Positions 10,902-23,108 are shown, counted from the first letter of the stretch. The stretch is 61,427 nucleotides of DNA from Octopus bimaculoides (GCF_001194135.2 NC_068985.1:4627498-4688924); one strand, 5' to 3'. The notes: generated by a model not told the origin, from the letters alone. A program made the numbers and translations.

Positions 10902-11174
10902 GGTACTACTAAAGCAGCGCGGACCCGAACGCGCAGACGCGCGTCCGCGCTAGCTAGTCGTGAGTGGTCGATCCTAACCCTAAACACGTATTCATTTGCA
11001 CACGCGGGTTAGGGTTAGGGTTAGGGATAGGGTTAGGGATAGGGTTAGGGATAGGGTTAGGGTTAGGGTTAGGGATAGGGTTAGGGTTAGGGATAGGGTT
11101 AGGGTTAGGATCGACTAGCGCGGACGCGCAACTGCGCGGCTGCGCGTTCGGGTCCGCGCTGCTTTAATAGTACC
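10902..11174. mobile_element. Non-autonomous TIR element (Merlin-like MITE) with internal telomeric TTAGGG/ATAGGG array, inserted in (TA)n
   Basis: Termini GGTACTA...TAGTACC. First 35 nt of the TIRs match with 1 mismatch, and similarity continues with indels. About 17 hexamers at 11006-11109. Confidence 0.8.
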
Positions 11175-12155
11175 TATATATATATACATACACATTTATA
11201 GATAGATGTGTGTATATACATATATATGTTTGTTTGTATATAATTATATCTATCAGTATATTTAGAATTAGTCTTCAGATAGATAGATAGATACCAAAAG
11301 AACTAAAGTTCCCTCCCGGATTCTGTAGCATTTACCTTCTCCGAGCTCTTGGACGGGACGCCGTCGCACGTAAAATGAAGTGATTCGCTCATGAATACAA
11401 CACATAGTCCAGTCCAAGAATCGAAACCACAATCTTACGATCACGTGTGTAACACCCTAACCACTAAGCAACGCGCATCCACACACATACACTGTATGTA
11501 TGTGTGTATGTATGTATACCTCCATATATATATATATATATGGAGGTAAACGGGGGCGGCTCACTTTGTGTAGGCATGCTATGTTACATAGAGACAAATG
11601 TTTCTCTAGCCATGTTTTTACCATCAAACCCGACAAAACAACTTATGACTAATATCTGACGGCTGACAAATAAATACCGAGGCACGGAAAGCCAGGTGCA
11701 ACTAAAACTTAGGTGAGCCGTCCATTCGATATGGACTTAAATGGGGAAAATAGAATAGATTTCTCGTAAGACCATTTTTAAAATGGCTTTAAAATAATCA
11801 TCACACGGTGGGAGACATATATAAACCACTATTTATATTCCCAAACTAAATGTTCTAAACGAAAAAGGAACTGAAATCGAAGCCAGGTGTAAACGTCATC
11901 TGATATCTCCACAGACTTTGCTTACCTACCTTTTTGTTAATTATTTGTTTTATTAATAGTAAACACTTAGTGAAAAACCAATTGTATCCCATATCTTATA
12001 AATATGTGTACAAATCATTTTATCATATTAATTTTTTTTAGAGAGAGAGAGAAAACTGCGTGTTGAAATAATAAAATATTCGTGTTGTTTATCATCATCT
12101 CAAGAATTAAAAGAGGGATTGTCATATTTGCATCACCCAGATGTGTGCTGTGTGC

Positions 12156-12214
<59 letters not shown>

Positions 12215-12401
12215 ACAAGCCCTGGTGTGAATAATGACTAACATTATACGGCAAAATAGCAGATATCACGAGACAATATATATATATATATCTATAATAT
12301 ATACACACACCAGACATTCCTTTCTCCACTACCAGTAGTCATCTACTATATTTATGCGCGTGTGTGTATACTCTACAGACCTATCTTGTACGAGTATATA
12401 A

Positions 12402-12447
<46 letters not shown>

Positions 12448-12528
12448 TCTGTGTATACTCTATAGACCTAGTTTGTATATATACTCTGTGTATACTCTAC
12501 ANNNNNNNNNNNNACCTATCTTGTACGA

Positions 12529-12562
<34 letters not shown>

Positions 12563-12987
12563 TTACATTCATACAGACACAAACATGATATACACATAAG
12601 TAGCAACGTGTGTGCACGCACGAGCACACACACACACACACACACTGGGGTGTAAAATTTACGATTGATATTGATTGTAAGTCAATGAATAGAGAAATTA
12701 ATGACAGTAGGAAGTTCTCTAAACCGTTAAGACATTCTTCACAAATAAACTCGATACAATTAAACCAGATTCTTACATACNNNNNNNNNNNNNNNNNNNN
12801 NNNNNNNNNNNGATATAGAATAATATGTGCGAAACATTCCATAATGTGTGTAAATGGTTAACAAGTGGAATTGGTTTGTGTTGAACGAAGTTAGAAAACA
12901 AACTCAAGATCTTCAGAGAGAAACAAACCGAATGATTATATTCATTCGTTGTTATCATTCAATTTTGCCTTCAAAGAATCTACTCAC

Positions 12988-13060
12988 CTTAAAAGACATG
13001 TTTTGTTGTTGTTATATTCAAAATAAATAATCTATGAAGGAATAGAGAAAGCCCATTCGG
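12988..13060 (-). other. Candidate non-coding first exon of SCYL2 (5' boundary unknown)
   Basis: Perfect minus-strand donor AAG|GTGAGT at 12988/12987, next to CpG-retaining sequence at 13.06-13.4 kb. The ATG exon begins with an acceptor, so an upstream exon must exist. An alternative donor lies near 15.87 kb. Confidence 0.4.
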
Positions 13061-13400
13061 TTAAGCTCCGAACATTGTCAATGCATTTACTCCATCACGC
13101 CTTTCTAACGTGATGCACTCAGGCCCAGGATTTTCCTTTCTTTCACTCTCTTGTTTATTTTCGCTAAATTCCTAACATACTCTCACTCACACTATCACTT
13201 GCTTTCGCCCACTCACTCACACTTGTCCTCCTCGCTCTCACTCATACTCCTCGCACTCGTGTTTCCCTCACAGGCGGTTCCAGCGCACCGGTATTCTACC
13301 CAACTCCGCAAATTACTTTCGTTTTCTCCTAAATATTTTTCTCACTTAAATTTTCTCTCCCTTTTTAATATTAATTAATGAATACCGTACACATTTCAGC
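13060..13400 (-). promoter_or_regulatory. Putative SCYL2 promoter region (CpG-retaining)
   Basis: Non-repetitive-looking sequence rich in CpG for this window, immediately 5' of the candidate first exon. No TSS data. Confidence 0.3.
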
Positions 13401-13429
13401 GCCTATGTATCGTTACATACATACATAGG

Positions 13430-13650
13430 TGGGGTGCTGGAAAGTTCCTGGCTTTGTGTAAAAAAAAAAAAAAGAAATTCGGGAGGATCAGTTAATTATG
13501 ACTTTATTCAACATATTCCCCTCTCAGATTCACACACATATTTGTAGTGGTCCTTCAGTTTTTCTAAGCCCTGTAAAAGAACTGGAATGTTGGGCCTCTC
13601 ACTTAGCCTTTCGCGACACCCTTAAAACCAGGAACTTTTCAGCACATTTG
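13430..13650. mobile_element. mariner-type MITE remnant
   Basis: Inverted ends GTGCTGGAAAGTTCCTGG and CCAGGAACTTTTCAGCAC. Confidence 0.55.
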
Positions 13651-13688
13651 TGCTTCTTTTTCACATTTATGTTCTACAGACGATCGAT

Positions 13689-13721
<33 letters not shown>

Positions 13722-14003
13722 TGTAAAAAAAACATAAATTTGAAAGAAGCACACTCTAAAATATAGAGCAATGTATATTAAAAATGGGGAAGACCGGTTT
13801 ATGGGATTACCTTAGGTTTCCTGTCCATAAAGGGTTTAGTTTTACGGCGTATCGTCAGATCCCAAAAACCTGTTGGGCCAAGTTACGGGGACGTAAACAC
13901 ACCAACATCGGTTGTCAAGCAATGGTGGTGGTGGGGGGACAAATACAGACACATATATATTATTTACATTGAACGAATATATGTCCTCATCTTATTTGTT
14001 GTT

Positions 14004-14049
14004 ACCACAACGTTTCGGCTAATTTACTCTCAAGCCTTCATCAGGTGTC
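14004..14049 (-). ncRNA. Minimal type I hammerhead ribozyme motif (Penelope-like, family A), best-preserved copy
   Basis: GACAC-CTGATGA-A-GGCT(n12)AGCC-GAAAC-GTT-GTGGT. Stems I and II present, palindromic ACGT as stem III. Confidence 0.65.
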
Positions 14050-14210
14050 CTGGTAAAATTAATCCTGTAGATTAAGTGCATGTAAAGATTTGTTGGAAAA
14101 ACTTTTACGATGGTTTGGGGAGAGGAGTTTCGGAAAGTTCACAGGACCCAATTTCCCCTCATAATTTTCTGGAAAATAGATATTTTTTAATGAAATTTTA
14201 TACAAATTCC

Positions 14211-14471
14211 GGTAATCTTCAAGTTTAGGGGGATAAAAATAAATAAATAAAAATATTCAAGGGAAGTAACTGAACGTCTTACCAGTATTCTCCTTACATC
14301 TCTGTTTATAAATAAATCACACACGTGATTTGATTGACGTTAGGGTTAGGATTAGGGTGTGATTTATTTATAAACAGCTAGAAGAAAACGGATAATACTG
14401 GTAAGTCGTTCAGTTATTTCCCTTGAATATTTTTATTTATTTTTTTTATCCCCCTAAACTTGAAGATTACC
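14211..14471. mobile_element. Foldback MITE (Merlin-like) with 8-bp TSD and telomere-like loop
   Basis: TSD CAAATTCC at 14203-14210 and 14472-14479. Termini GGTAATC...GATTACC. Arms about 110 bp. Loop contains TTAGGGTTAGGATTAGGG. Confidence 0.85.
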
Positions 14472-16084
14472 CAAATTCCTTTCAAACAGTGTAGATTTGT
14501 AGGCAAAATGTTTTTAAGGGTGCGGGAGAGGAGTTTCTGGAAAACGTAGTTTCGGATCAGCCCACATAAGTTGCAATTTCTCCGTTTTGACGGGGATTTT
14601 TACCAATGTTTTCCACCAAAGTCTTTGGAATGATGGGAGGCATCTTTTCACGAAAACAAAAAAGAAAAAACTTTTGAAAATTTTTTCAATATTTTTCTCC
14701 CCATAAACAAATTTTATGGAATAATAATATTAAAGTAACACACGTGTAGTCCCAACCGAGTGAGGCCGTGTTATGTGTGTGTAAGAAAAAAAAACACCTA
14801 AAAACATCTTTAGTGTTCATATTAATGTCAAATGTAATGCTTATCTGTTCACGTTATTTTGAATTATTCAGGTTCAAAAGGGGTGTCTACAATATTTGCT
14901 TGCAATTTTGTAAATTTTTCACATACAGATTTGAAATTTTGTCAGTGGGTGCTTTATATACCACTGGTTTATAGTTATGTAATTTTAGCTGATCTTGCTG
15001 AGTAAATTTAACTTTTATGGGTAGATAAATTTAATTAACATGTGTAAAAGCAATAACATTATGGATAAACACTAAAATTGAAATTCTTAATGCATCTTAT
15101 CTGTTTGATTTGTTACTAAAATTATCTCAGATGGTAACCGACAACAATTTTGCCACTTTTCAAGACCAGGTACATTAATTTGAATTACTTAATGTACAGG
15201 TATAATCGGAACAAGATTTTATTCTTTCGGTAAATATTTCTTACCTCGGTGTGGAATAGTTTTTTCGGTTGCATTCAATGTATCTGACCTCCAAACCGCC
15301 GCAAGCCATTTTTTTTTCCAGAAAAAAGACAAAGAAACTTCCCACTTCAACGTTTATTTTCTACTTCGCCAACTCGAAGCAAGTTGGTAATGTCATGTGG
15401 CGCAATTTTCTGGTGTATAAAACACGTAAATGCAGGTGTCGATTAAATAAATTATTTAAACCACAATCCGATGTTTTCCCATTGTTTTACTTTGATGTCG
15501 TCCACATGTCTATTTTATCCGCAATGCCTCAACGATATCTTTTGCTACACCATTCCGTTACAACTATTATTAACGACAATGAAAATATCAAAAATGAGGC
15601 TAACTAATTTCACGTGCTAATAATTTTAATGAATTAAGTATTATAACATTGATATGATACTGTATACCTACTTTTACACACACACCACTGTACTACACGA
15701 TAGTTTAGAATTTTTTTACCAGCCTGACGACCCGGGAAGGCGGCTAAGATAGATGACAGGAACCTACGTCGCTATAATATAGCACAATTGCTTCCTGTTA
15801 TGTTGAGCAAGCTGCATATTCCTGCCTTAGTGTATGTAATAATCAATCGCTTTGGACCACTTCCCATACCTGAGAGGATTATTGTAGCTATCACCCCAAA
15901 CACCTGTATATAATATGTGCCGGACTCTCCGTCCGCGTTCTGTGTCGGAATCCTACCTTCAGGGAAAATAAAATCTAAAAACTGTGAAACTTCTGTACTT
16001 GAGTTATGCGATGTGACTGACAAAAGTATAAAACAAAAAATTGAAGAGAAACAGCGATGAAAAACGAAATCTGGAAATATCTTT

Positions 16085-16500
16085 TTCTTCAGCTGTCCAT
16101 TGTAGGTCGATGTTGACTGTTCTTGTTTAGTAATTATCTTTGGCAGGCTCACGTGTGGGCTACAAGGACTGCTCCTGATCTGTAGCAACGATCGACATCT
16201 GCGGAAGGTGAAGTTACTGGACACAACGGAGAAGTGATACTTCTCATAACCTCTGAGGCTTTCTTTCTGTTGTTACTCTTCAATGACTGGTATTACGAGC
16301 TTCAACGGTCAGTGCCATTCATAGCGTCACATGGCCTTCTCTTCCCAAGTATCAGCGGTGATGCCAGAGCTCTTCGTATGTCTGTTCATCCCTGTATCGC
16401 ATCTACGAGCCACCACGATTTAGATTAGAAGACTGGCTGTTACAACCACATATGCGGAAGATCGACATGAGAGATTGCTAGAGAATATGAAGCAATTTTT
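16085..16500 (-). mobile_element. RTE (BovB-like) LINE 3' remnant
   Basis: RGGS*MRYRD...GITADTWEEKA...DRCYRSGAVLVAHT*ACQR*, which resembles the RTE C-terminal zinc-knuckle tail. Confidence 0.65.
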
Positions 16501-18712
16501 TTAAGGGCGTTACTTAGATAACATTTATAGGCTGGGTATAGAATACGATAGTTTTTCAATACTAGAAACGACTAAATTGTTGAGTTCCTTTAAATACCGT
16601 GAAAAGTCAAAACAAAAAATCACGTGAAAACGGCAATTAATGACTGACTTAATGTTTTATTTATTGCATTGTTTTAATTAAGATATTAACTAAAACAATG
16701 CAGTCTGGTCCTGTAATGTCTATATAAAACTCTGTCATAGTGAACAGGCCAGGTATTAACTGTTAATAAGCAATTTAAAAAATATATTTCATTCCTTCAA
16801 CCATTATTTCTGATATTTTAAACGGAATAGGTCGTTTCCTTTCAATTTTAATTCTGTTCCTCGTCCTCATTGTTTCTGAGATGTCTTTTTATAGAAGTCG
16901 TGAAAGTTAAGTATGAGATCTTTCTGTGTCGCTCACCCAAATTTCCCTCCAAATTATATACCTTACAGCAGCGTTTCTCAACCCTTTTTTCATCTGTGGA
17001 CCCCTTTCATTCATATTTTACTCAAATGAACCCTCATAGATATTCTGTTTAAAAAATCCTGTTATATTTTCATAATTGAATATAATTAGGAACTCCGCCG
17101 AGGTCGACTTTGCCTTTCATCCTTTCTGGGTCGATTAAATAAATACCAGTTACGCACTGGAGTCAATATAATCGACTTAATCCCTTTGTCCCCTCTATGT
17201 TTAGCACCCTGTGGGCGATAAAGAAATAAATATTTCTAGGAACTGTATTTCAAAAAAATTGTTCAAATATTTGGCGCAGAAGCAATTTATGGCTCTTAAA
17301 TTTTAAGAAACAGAAAATCTTAAATGAATCCCCAAGGTTCTATAGCCTTAAAAAGGGTTGGGCACATTCAAATAATATAGTCTGGATACACTATGCCTAA
17401 AAACAAACCAGGATGGCCACTGTTGGAATGACTTTTATCATCTGTCTGCTCTATTAGGATTGACGAGGGATTTAATAAGTCGAGAGATTCAGTGTCTTGA
17501 AAAGAAGTCAAATTTAATTAATTTGAATCTTCATATTGTCGATTAAACCATTATTTGTTCCAGATTTTTTATTTGTTTTGCTCTGCTCCCTAAATTCCTC
17601 TTGGACTTGTTTTGAGATCTGATAGAATCTATCCCTTTCCAGATCGGGAACGTTGCAGATTTCTTTCAGAAAATAAAGACAGCAGAATGAGAGAGGAAAA
17701 AAAAGTGAGGAATGAACTTCAGCACAAGACTCGTACTTTACTTATTGGCCTCGGCGATATTTGAACTCAAAGTGCAAAGAATCAGAGCAAATCGCGCAAA
17801 AACAAAAAGAAGCAAACAATCCGCTAACGACTTCGTTAATTGGACGCTTTTCAATGAATTGAGTTCTGCTCTGGAAATCCAAAGTGATCTGCTTATTTAA
17901 AGCAAAATATTAAATTAAAGCAATTGTTTCGTAATGAACGCATACTTTCTCATAAAGATTACTCGACTTAATTTAGGTAAAACAATTTATTTTCAATAGT
18001 AAATAAAAAAGAAAAGAACCTGGAAGTGGAAAGTAGGGATGTTTGACATCACGACGAACAGTAAACGGTGTAAGGTGAATATAGTCCCGCCATTAACCAC
18101 ATCGAATTCAGTCGACGGTAAATTATAATTGTGTTTTGATTAGAACGGTACACTTATTATTAATATTATTATTATTGACAATTACACGATAACCAAATTT
18201 TAAAAGTGTAACTATATACATTAGGGTTTCGATTCTTTTTAATTTCTATCGTGTACTAAGTTTTTTCATAGTGAAATGAGCGACGAATAGAGTTTTGAAT
18301 GATATAAACTTTAACTATTAAGATGAGAGAAAAATAAAAACACTTTACTTTTCGTAATGCATTAGGTTTATTTGGAAGACAAGAAAACTACAACGAAATG
18401 CTTTGGGTATTTCTGAAGTAACTTCCACGTAACAACTGTTTAGGGCCATCTCTCCCAGCGATTTTCTTTCCTCATAATTTTCTCAATACTTGTTTCTAAT
18501 TTAGGCACAAGGTCAGCAGTTTTTAAACATAGTGGGGTTACTGGGTTGCATTGACCTCAGTATTTAACTGGTATTTTATTTTATCGACTTGCATTACGAT
18601 GAAAGGCAAAGCTGGCTCCTGTGGGATTTGAACTGAGAACCCAGTGTACTCCATCCGTCAAATAAAGGATTGGGTTTGAAATTCCCCCAGAACGACTGAT
18701 GAAAGCTGAGGC

Positions 18713-18960
18713 GTGGAGCTGGCAGAAACATTAGCCCGATGTCGACTTTGCCTTTCATCCTTTCGGGGTCGATAAATAAAGTACCAGTTACGCACTGGGG
18801 TCTATGTAATCGACTTAATCCTTTTGTCTGTCCTTGTTTGTCCCCTCTATGTTTAGCCCCTTGTTGGGCAATAAAGAAACGTTAGCACGCCAGGCGAAAT
18901 GCTTAGAACGTAGCGGCAGACGAAATACTGCTAAGCTTTTCGCCCGGCGTGCTATCGTTT
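18713..18960 (+). mobile_element. Second SINE family (GAGCTGGCAGAAAC...GTCGACTTTGCCTTTCATCCTTTCGGGGTCG core)
   Basis: Same core at about 3868-4082, 17095-17230, 31225-31437(-), 32350-32520(-) and 51070-51270(-). Confidence 0.75.
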
Positions 18961-20808
18961 CTGCCTTTCAGTTTCTGTCTCACAAATCCTTGGTCAGTCT
19001 GGAGTTATATTAGAAGACACTTACCCAAGGTGTCATACAGTGAGACTGAACTCAAGGTCACATGATTGGGTAGCAATTTCCTTACCTCAGCCATGCTCTT
19101 ATTAGGAGCAAGTTACATGAATGGTTCAAAGCTATGAATTTCTTATCTTTCTGGTTAATTTAAAATAAAAAAATAATGACAAATAAAAGATATATATTAG
19201 CGTCAGAGGCAATATTAACACCAAGAGGTTTAATTTATCCCCACTTAAAAACGTGGATGTTCAGTTAAAACAAACTATTCTGTGGTAGATAGCATGAGAG
19301 ATCCTCTCGTATTGGACTTTGATGCAAAAAGCATTTGTGTTTTTATTGCTAAATAAAAAGAATTGCTGCAAATTTTATAAAAGATACACATTTTTAAGAA
19401 AGCTACAGGAACCAAAAATCTGGGTGGTTATGCCAAAGGATTGTACAAATATTTCATTAATGGGTCTGCAATGAGTTTCATGACCTCAACACAACCAGGA
19501 CAAAGTCTGGTACAATGAATAAGAATTTTATTTGCTTTTAATTGCTGTAACTCTTTGGTAATTATTGGCAGTTAATGACTATGCTTTTCTCACATTTATG
19601 AAAACAACTAGAATGTTACACATGGCTACTAACCCCATAACATTAGTTGACAGAAATTTATGTGTGCTGTGTACTCACTTTGAATCATCATCATTGTTTA
19701 ACGTCCGCTTTCCATGCTGGCATGGGTTGGATGGTTTGACTGAGGACTGGCAAGTCGGAAAGCTGCACCAGGCTACAATCTATTCTGGCAAGCTTGATGC
19801 CCTTCCTAACGCCAACCACTCTGAGAGTATAGTGGGTGCTTTAGTGGCACAGGGGCTAGTCAGGCAGTATTGGCATTGACCACGCTTGAATGGTGCCTTC
19901 TACGTGCCACTAGCATGGGAGCCAGTCAGGCAGCACTGGCAACGACCACACTCGTATGGTACTTTTTACGTGCCACTGGCATGGGAGCCAGTCAGGTGGC
20001 ACTGGTAACAAAAATATCCTCAGCCCTATCTACTGTGGTTTTGTACCTATTTGTGTACTGGTTGATATAGATATCCGCTATCTCTCACGGAATCGATAAT
20101 AGAGGCCACCGTGCAACCTTCTGCAGGTACCATCTACTTTCAGTGATTGACACTTCTTTATACAGCTGTCTTCATTCAAATGCCTCACATGTCCAAACCG
20201 ACATAGTCTTCTCTCTTGCATGCTATATTTGATTCCACTTATGCCCGACTTTTTTCTCAATACATTTGCACTTTACTGCACATCCTTAGTTATCGACAGA
20301 AATGGAATTAGGAGAACTAGGAAAAGAGTAAGATCAGACATTAGCCCCTTCAGACATGGTTGATGCCAGCCCCCTCACCCCGACTGGCTCCTGTGCCAGT
20401 GACACGTAAAAAGTACCATCTGAACATGGCCAATGCCAGCGCCGCCTTGACTAGCTACCGTGCCAGTGGCATGTAAAAGCACCATCCAAACGTGGTTAAT
20501 GCCAGCCCCCTCTGGCCCCTGTGCCAGTGGCACGTAAAAAGCACCCACTATACTCTCAGAGTGGTTGGCATTAGGAAGGGCGTCCAGCTGTAGAAACACT
20601 AGCAGATCAGATTGGAGCTTGGTACAGCCTTATGGCTCACCAATCCTCAGTCGAACTGTCCAACCCCTGCCAGCATGGAAAACGGATGTTAAATGATGAT
20701 GATGATGTTCTACAAAATTTTGGGGAAATTGTTGTGTGGATCAGTATGTATCTGTACAAAGTTTTTTTTTTTTTCAAATTAAATTCCAATATAATTGTAA
20801 CCAACACT

Positions 20809-21166
20809 GTGGCTGTGTGGTAAGAGGCTTGCTTCCCAACCACTTGCTTCTGGGTTCAGTCCCACTGCATGGCACCTTGGGAAATTGTCTTCTACTATAG
20901 CCTTGAGTCAACCAAAGCTTTGTGAGTGGATTTGGTAGACGGAAACTGGTATTTGTGTGTCTGTGTTTGTCCCACCCCCACCATCACTTGACAACTGATG
21001 TTGGTATGTTTATGTTCCCTGAAACTTCGCGGTTTGGCTAAAGAGACCGACAGAATAAGTACTAGGCTTACAAAGAATAAGTTCTGGGGTCAATTTGTTC
21101 AACTAAAGGCAGTGCTCTAGCATGGCCGCAGCCAAATGACTGAAACAAGTAAAAGAATAAAAGAAT
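20809..21166 (+). mobile_element. tRNA-derived octopus-type SINE, near full length
   Basis: Head GGCTGTGTGGTAAGA...GGGTTCAGTCCCACT (A-box and B-box-like) and tail GAAACAAGTAAAAGAATAAAAGA. Further copies at about 2300-2490, 3225-3390, 30790-31170, 33060-33260, 35420-35730, 46471-46922, 56820-56990 and 59390-59735. Confidence 0.85.
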
Positions 21167-22896
21167 ATATCTGAAAGGTATTTGTTGAAAATTTCATTAA
21201 GAAAGAAAACTTTTATTTTTCTGAAAGTTATGAGGAAACAAAGTTGATAGGTGGCAACACACTTGTGTTGGTACATCAGAATCTTTCTAGTGTTGTATAT
21301 ATGTAGATATATTCCTGGTTCCCTGTCTTTGTGAAGTAGCAATGAAGATGACTTAGGAAGAAGTTGTCACTTTGCTTTAAGATGTCATGGATAATATTTC
21401 CTGCTTTTTGGTATTCTGATGGTAGCACTGACTGCAGCAAAGGTTGCTGACTCAAGATTGATGATGATGATAATAATGTTTTAATGTCTATTGTCCATGC
21501 TGGTATGGGTTGGACGGTTTGACCAGGCTGGCAAGCTAGAAGGCTGCACCAGACTCCAGTCTGATTTGGCATAGTTTTCTATGGCTGGATGCCCTTCCTA
21601 ACGCCAACCACTCTGAAAGTGTAATGGGTGCTTTTATGTGCCACCAGCATGGGTACCACCTGTGTGACACTGAGGTGCCTTTATGTACTACCAGCACATG
21701 TGCCAATGATGATAATGAAGATGATGATGATAACGATAACGATGACAATAATAATGGTTATTTCTCAAAATTATTCTGAATTGCAGGTATAGGAGCTGGT
21801 TTTCCTGACTGGTATTTCAGTAGGGATGTGCCAGCTAATGACTTGAATAGCACCATGGTAAATTCCAGGGGTCATAGAAGATCTTTATCACATCTAAGAA
21901 TTTGTGCATGACACACCTGTCTGCAGACATCTGAATTTCTTGAGATTTTTGTAATCCATCTCACACAGGGAAGGGCTGCCCCAAGCAGCACACTCTGACC
22001 ACTGCCCTGAAGCTTCGAGCAGGAATGTTTCAACTGTATCCAAGAGGAAAAAAAACTTTATAAGCATTCAGGCATGGCAATTCATCCTACAGATTCAAAA
22101 CATGATGGCCATCATCATCATTGAATGTCCTCCTCCTTTGCTGGTATGGGTTGGACAATTCTGACGGGACCTGGCAAGTCAGAAGGCCGCACCAAACTCT
22201 ACTGCCTGCATGGCTTCCACACCTGGATGCCCTTCCTAACACCAACCACTTTACAGATTTTCTCATGCATAGCAAATTACTAATTGTGTTGGTCTTTTGT
22301 TATCTGCTCTGTGAAGTTTAACGTCATGTTGGTCATTTTACCCCATGTCTTCCTCTTCCACAGGTTCCCTCCAGATTTATAGATCAGCACTTCTTTTATG
22401 CAGCTTTCCTCATCCATACACATCTCGTGGCCATGCTAGCACATACTTCTCTCCTGCACACTATATCTAATGCCTCTTATGCTCTAATTCTCTCTCAACA
22501 CATTTATGCTTTGTTTAATATGCACATCCAGCAGAGCATGCTGCCTTTGTTTTTTTCAAGCTTTCACATGTCCTCTACATTCACAGCCCATGTTTCACTG
22601 TCATGTAGCATAGCTGTTTGTACACAGGCATCGTGCAATCTACCTTTCACTCTGAGGAGACGACCTTTGTTACTAACAAAGATAACAGCTCTCCGAACTT
22701 TACTCAGCCAGACCTTATTCTTGCAACTAACTTTCAGAGCAATCCCCCACCCCCCACTTCTTATTTCATCACCCAGGTCACAAAAACTATCTGCTACTTC
22801 AAAGGATCCTCTTGAGCATTTGAGGAAATCTATTTACTATGTTTTCATTCTGCATTTGGTTTGCAAGATTCTTTATGTGAATTTGTGTGTTGAAGC

Positions 22897-23108
22897 ATAT
22901 TTTATTGTCTGGGGGGAGCCATTCTCTTTTAATGCCTTATTAATTAACACACTCACTAGTTCAGTTTCCACTCATTTACTTTTTTTTTCTAAAATTCTCA
23001 CTGATTCTTGCAACTTAGAAATAAATAAATAAGTGGAAATTGAACTGGTGAGTGTGTTAATTAATAAGGCATTGAAACAGAATGACTCTCCCCAGACACA
23101 ACAAAATA
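22897..23108. repeat. Foldback inverted repeat (about 95-bp arms), probable MITE
   Basis: 22897-22990 is the reverse complement of about 23015-23108, with a few mismatches. Confidence 0.7.

Noticed and set aside
20809-20880. tRNA-like A/B-box sequence
   Set aside because: It is the head of a multi-copy SINE and does not form a complete cloverleaf tRNA gene.
21400-21460. Signal-peptide-like frame FLLFGILMVALTAAKVADSR on the plus strand
   Set aside because: An in-frame TAA lies two codons upstream, and no start or acceptor supports it.
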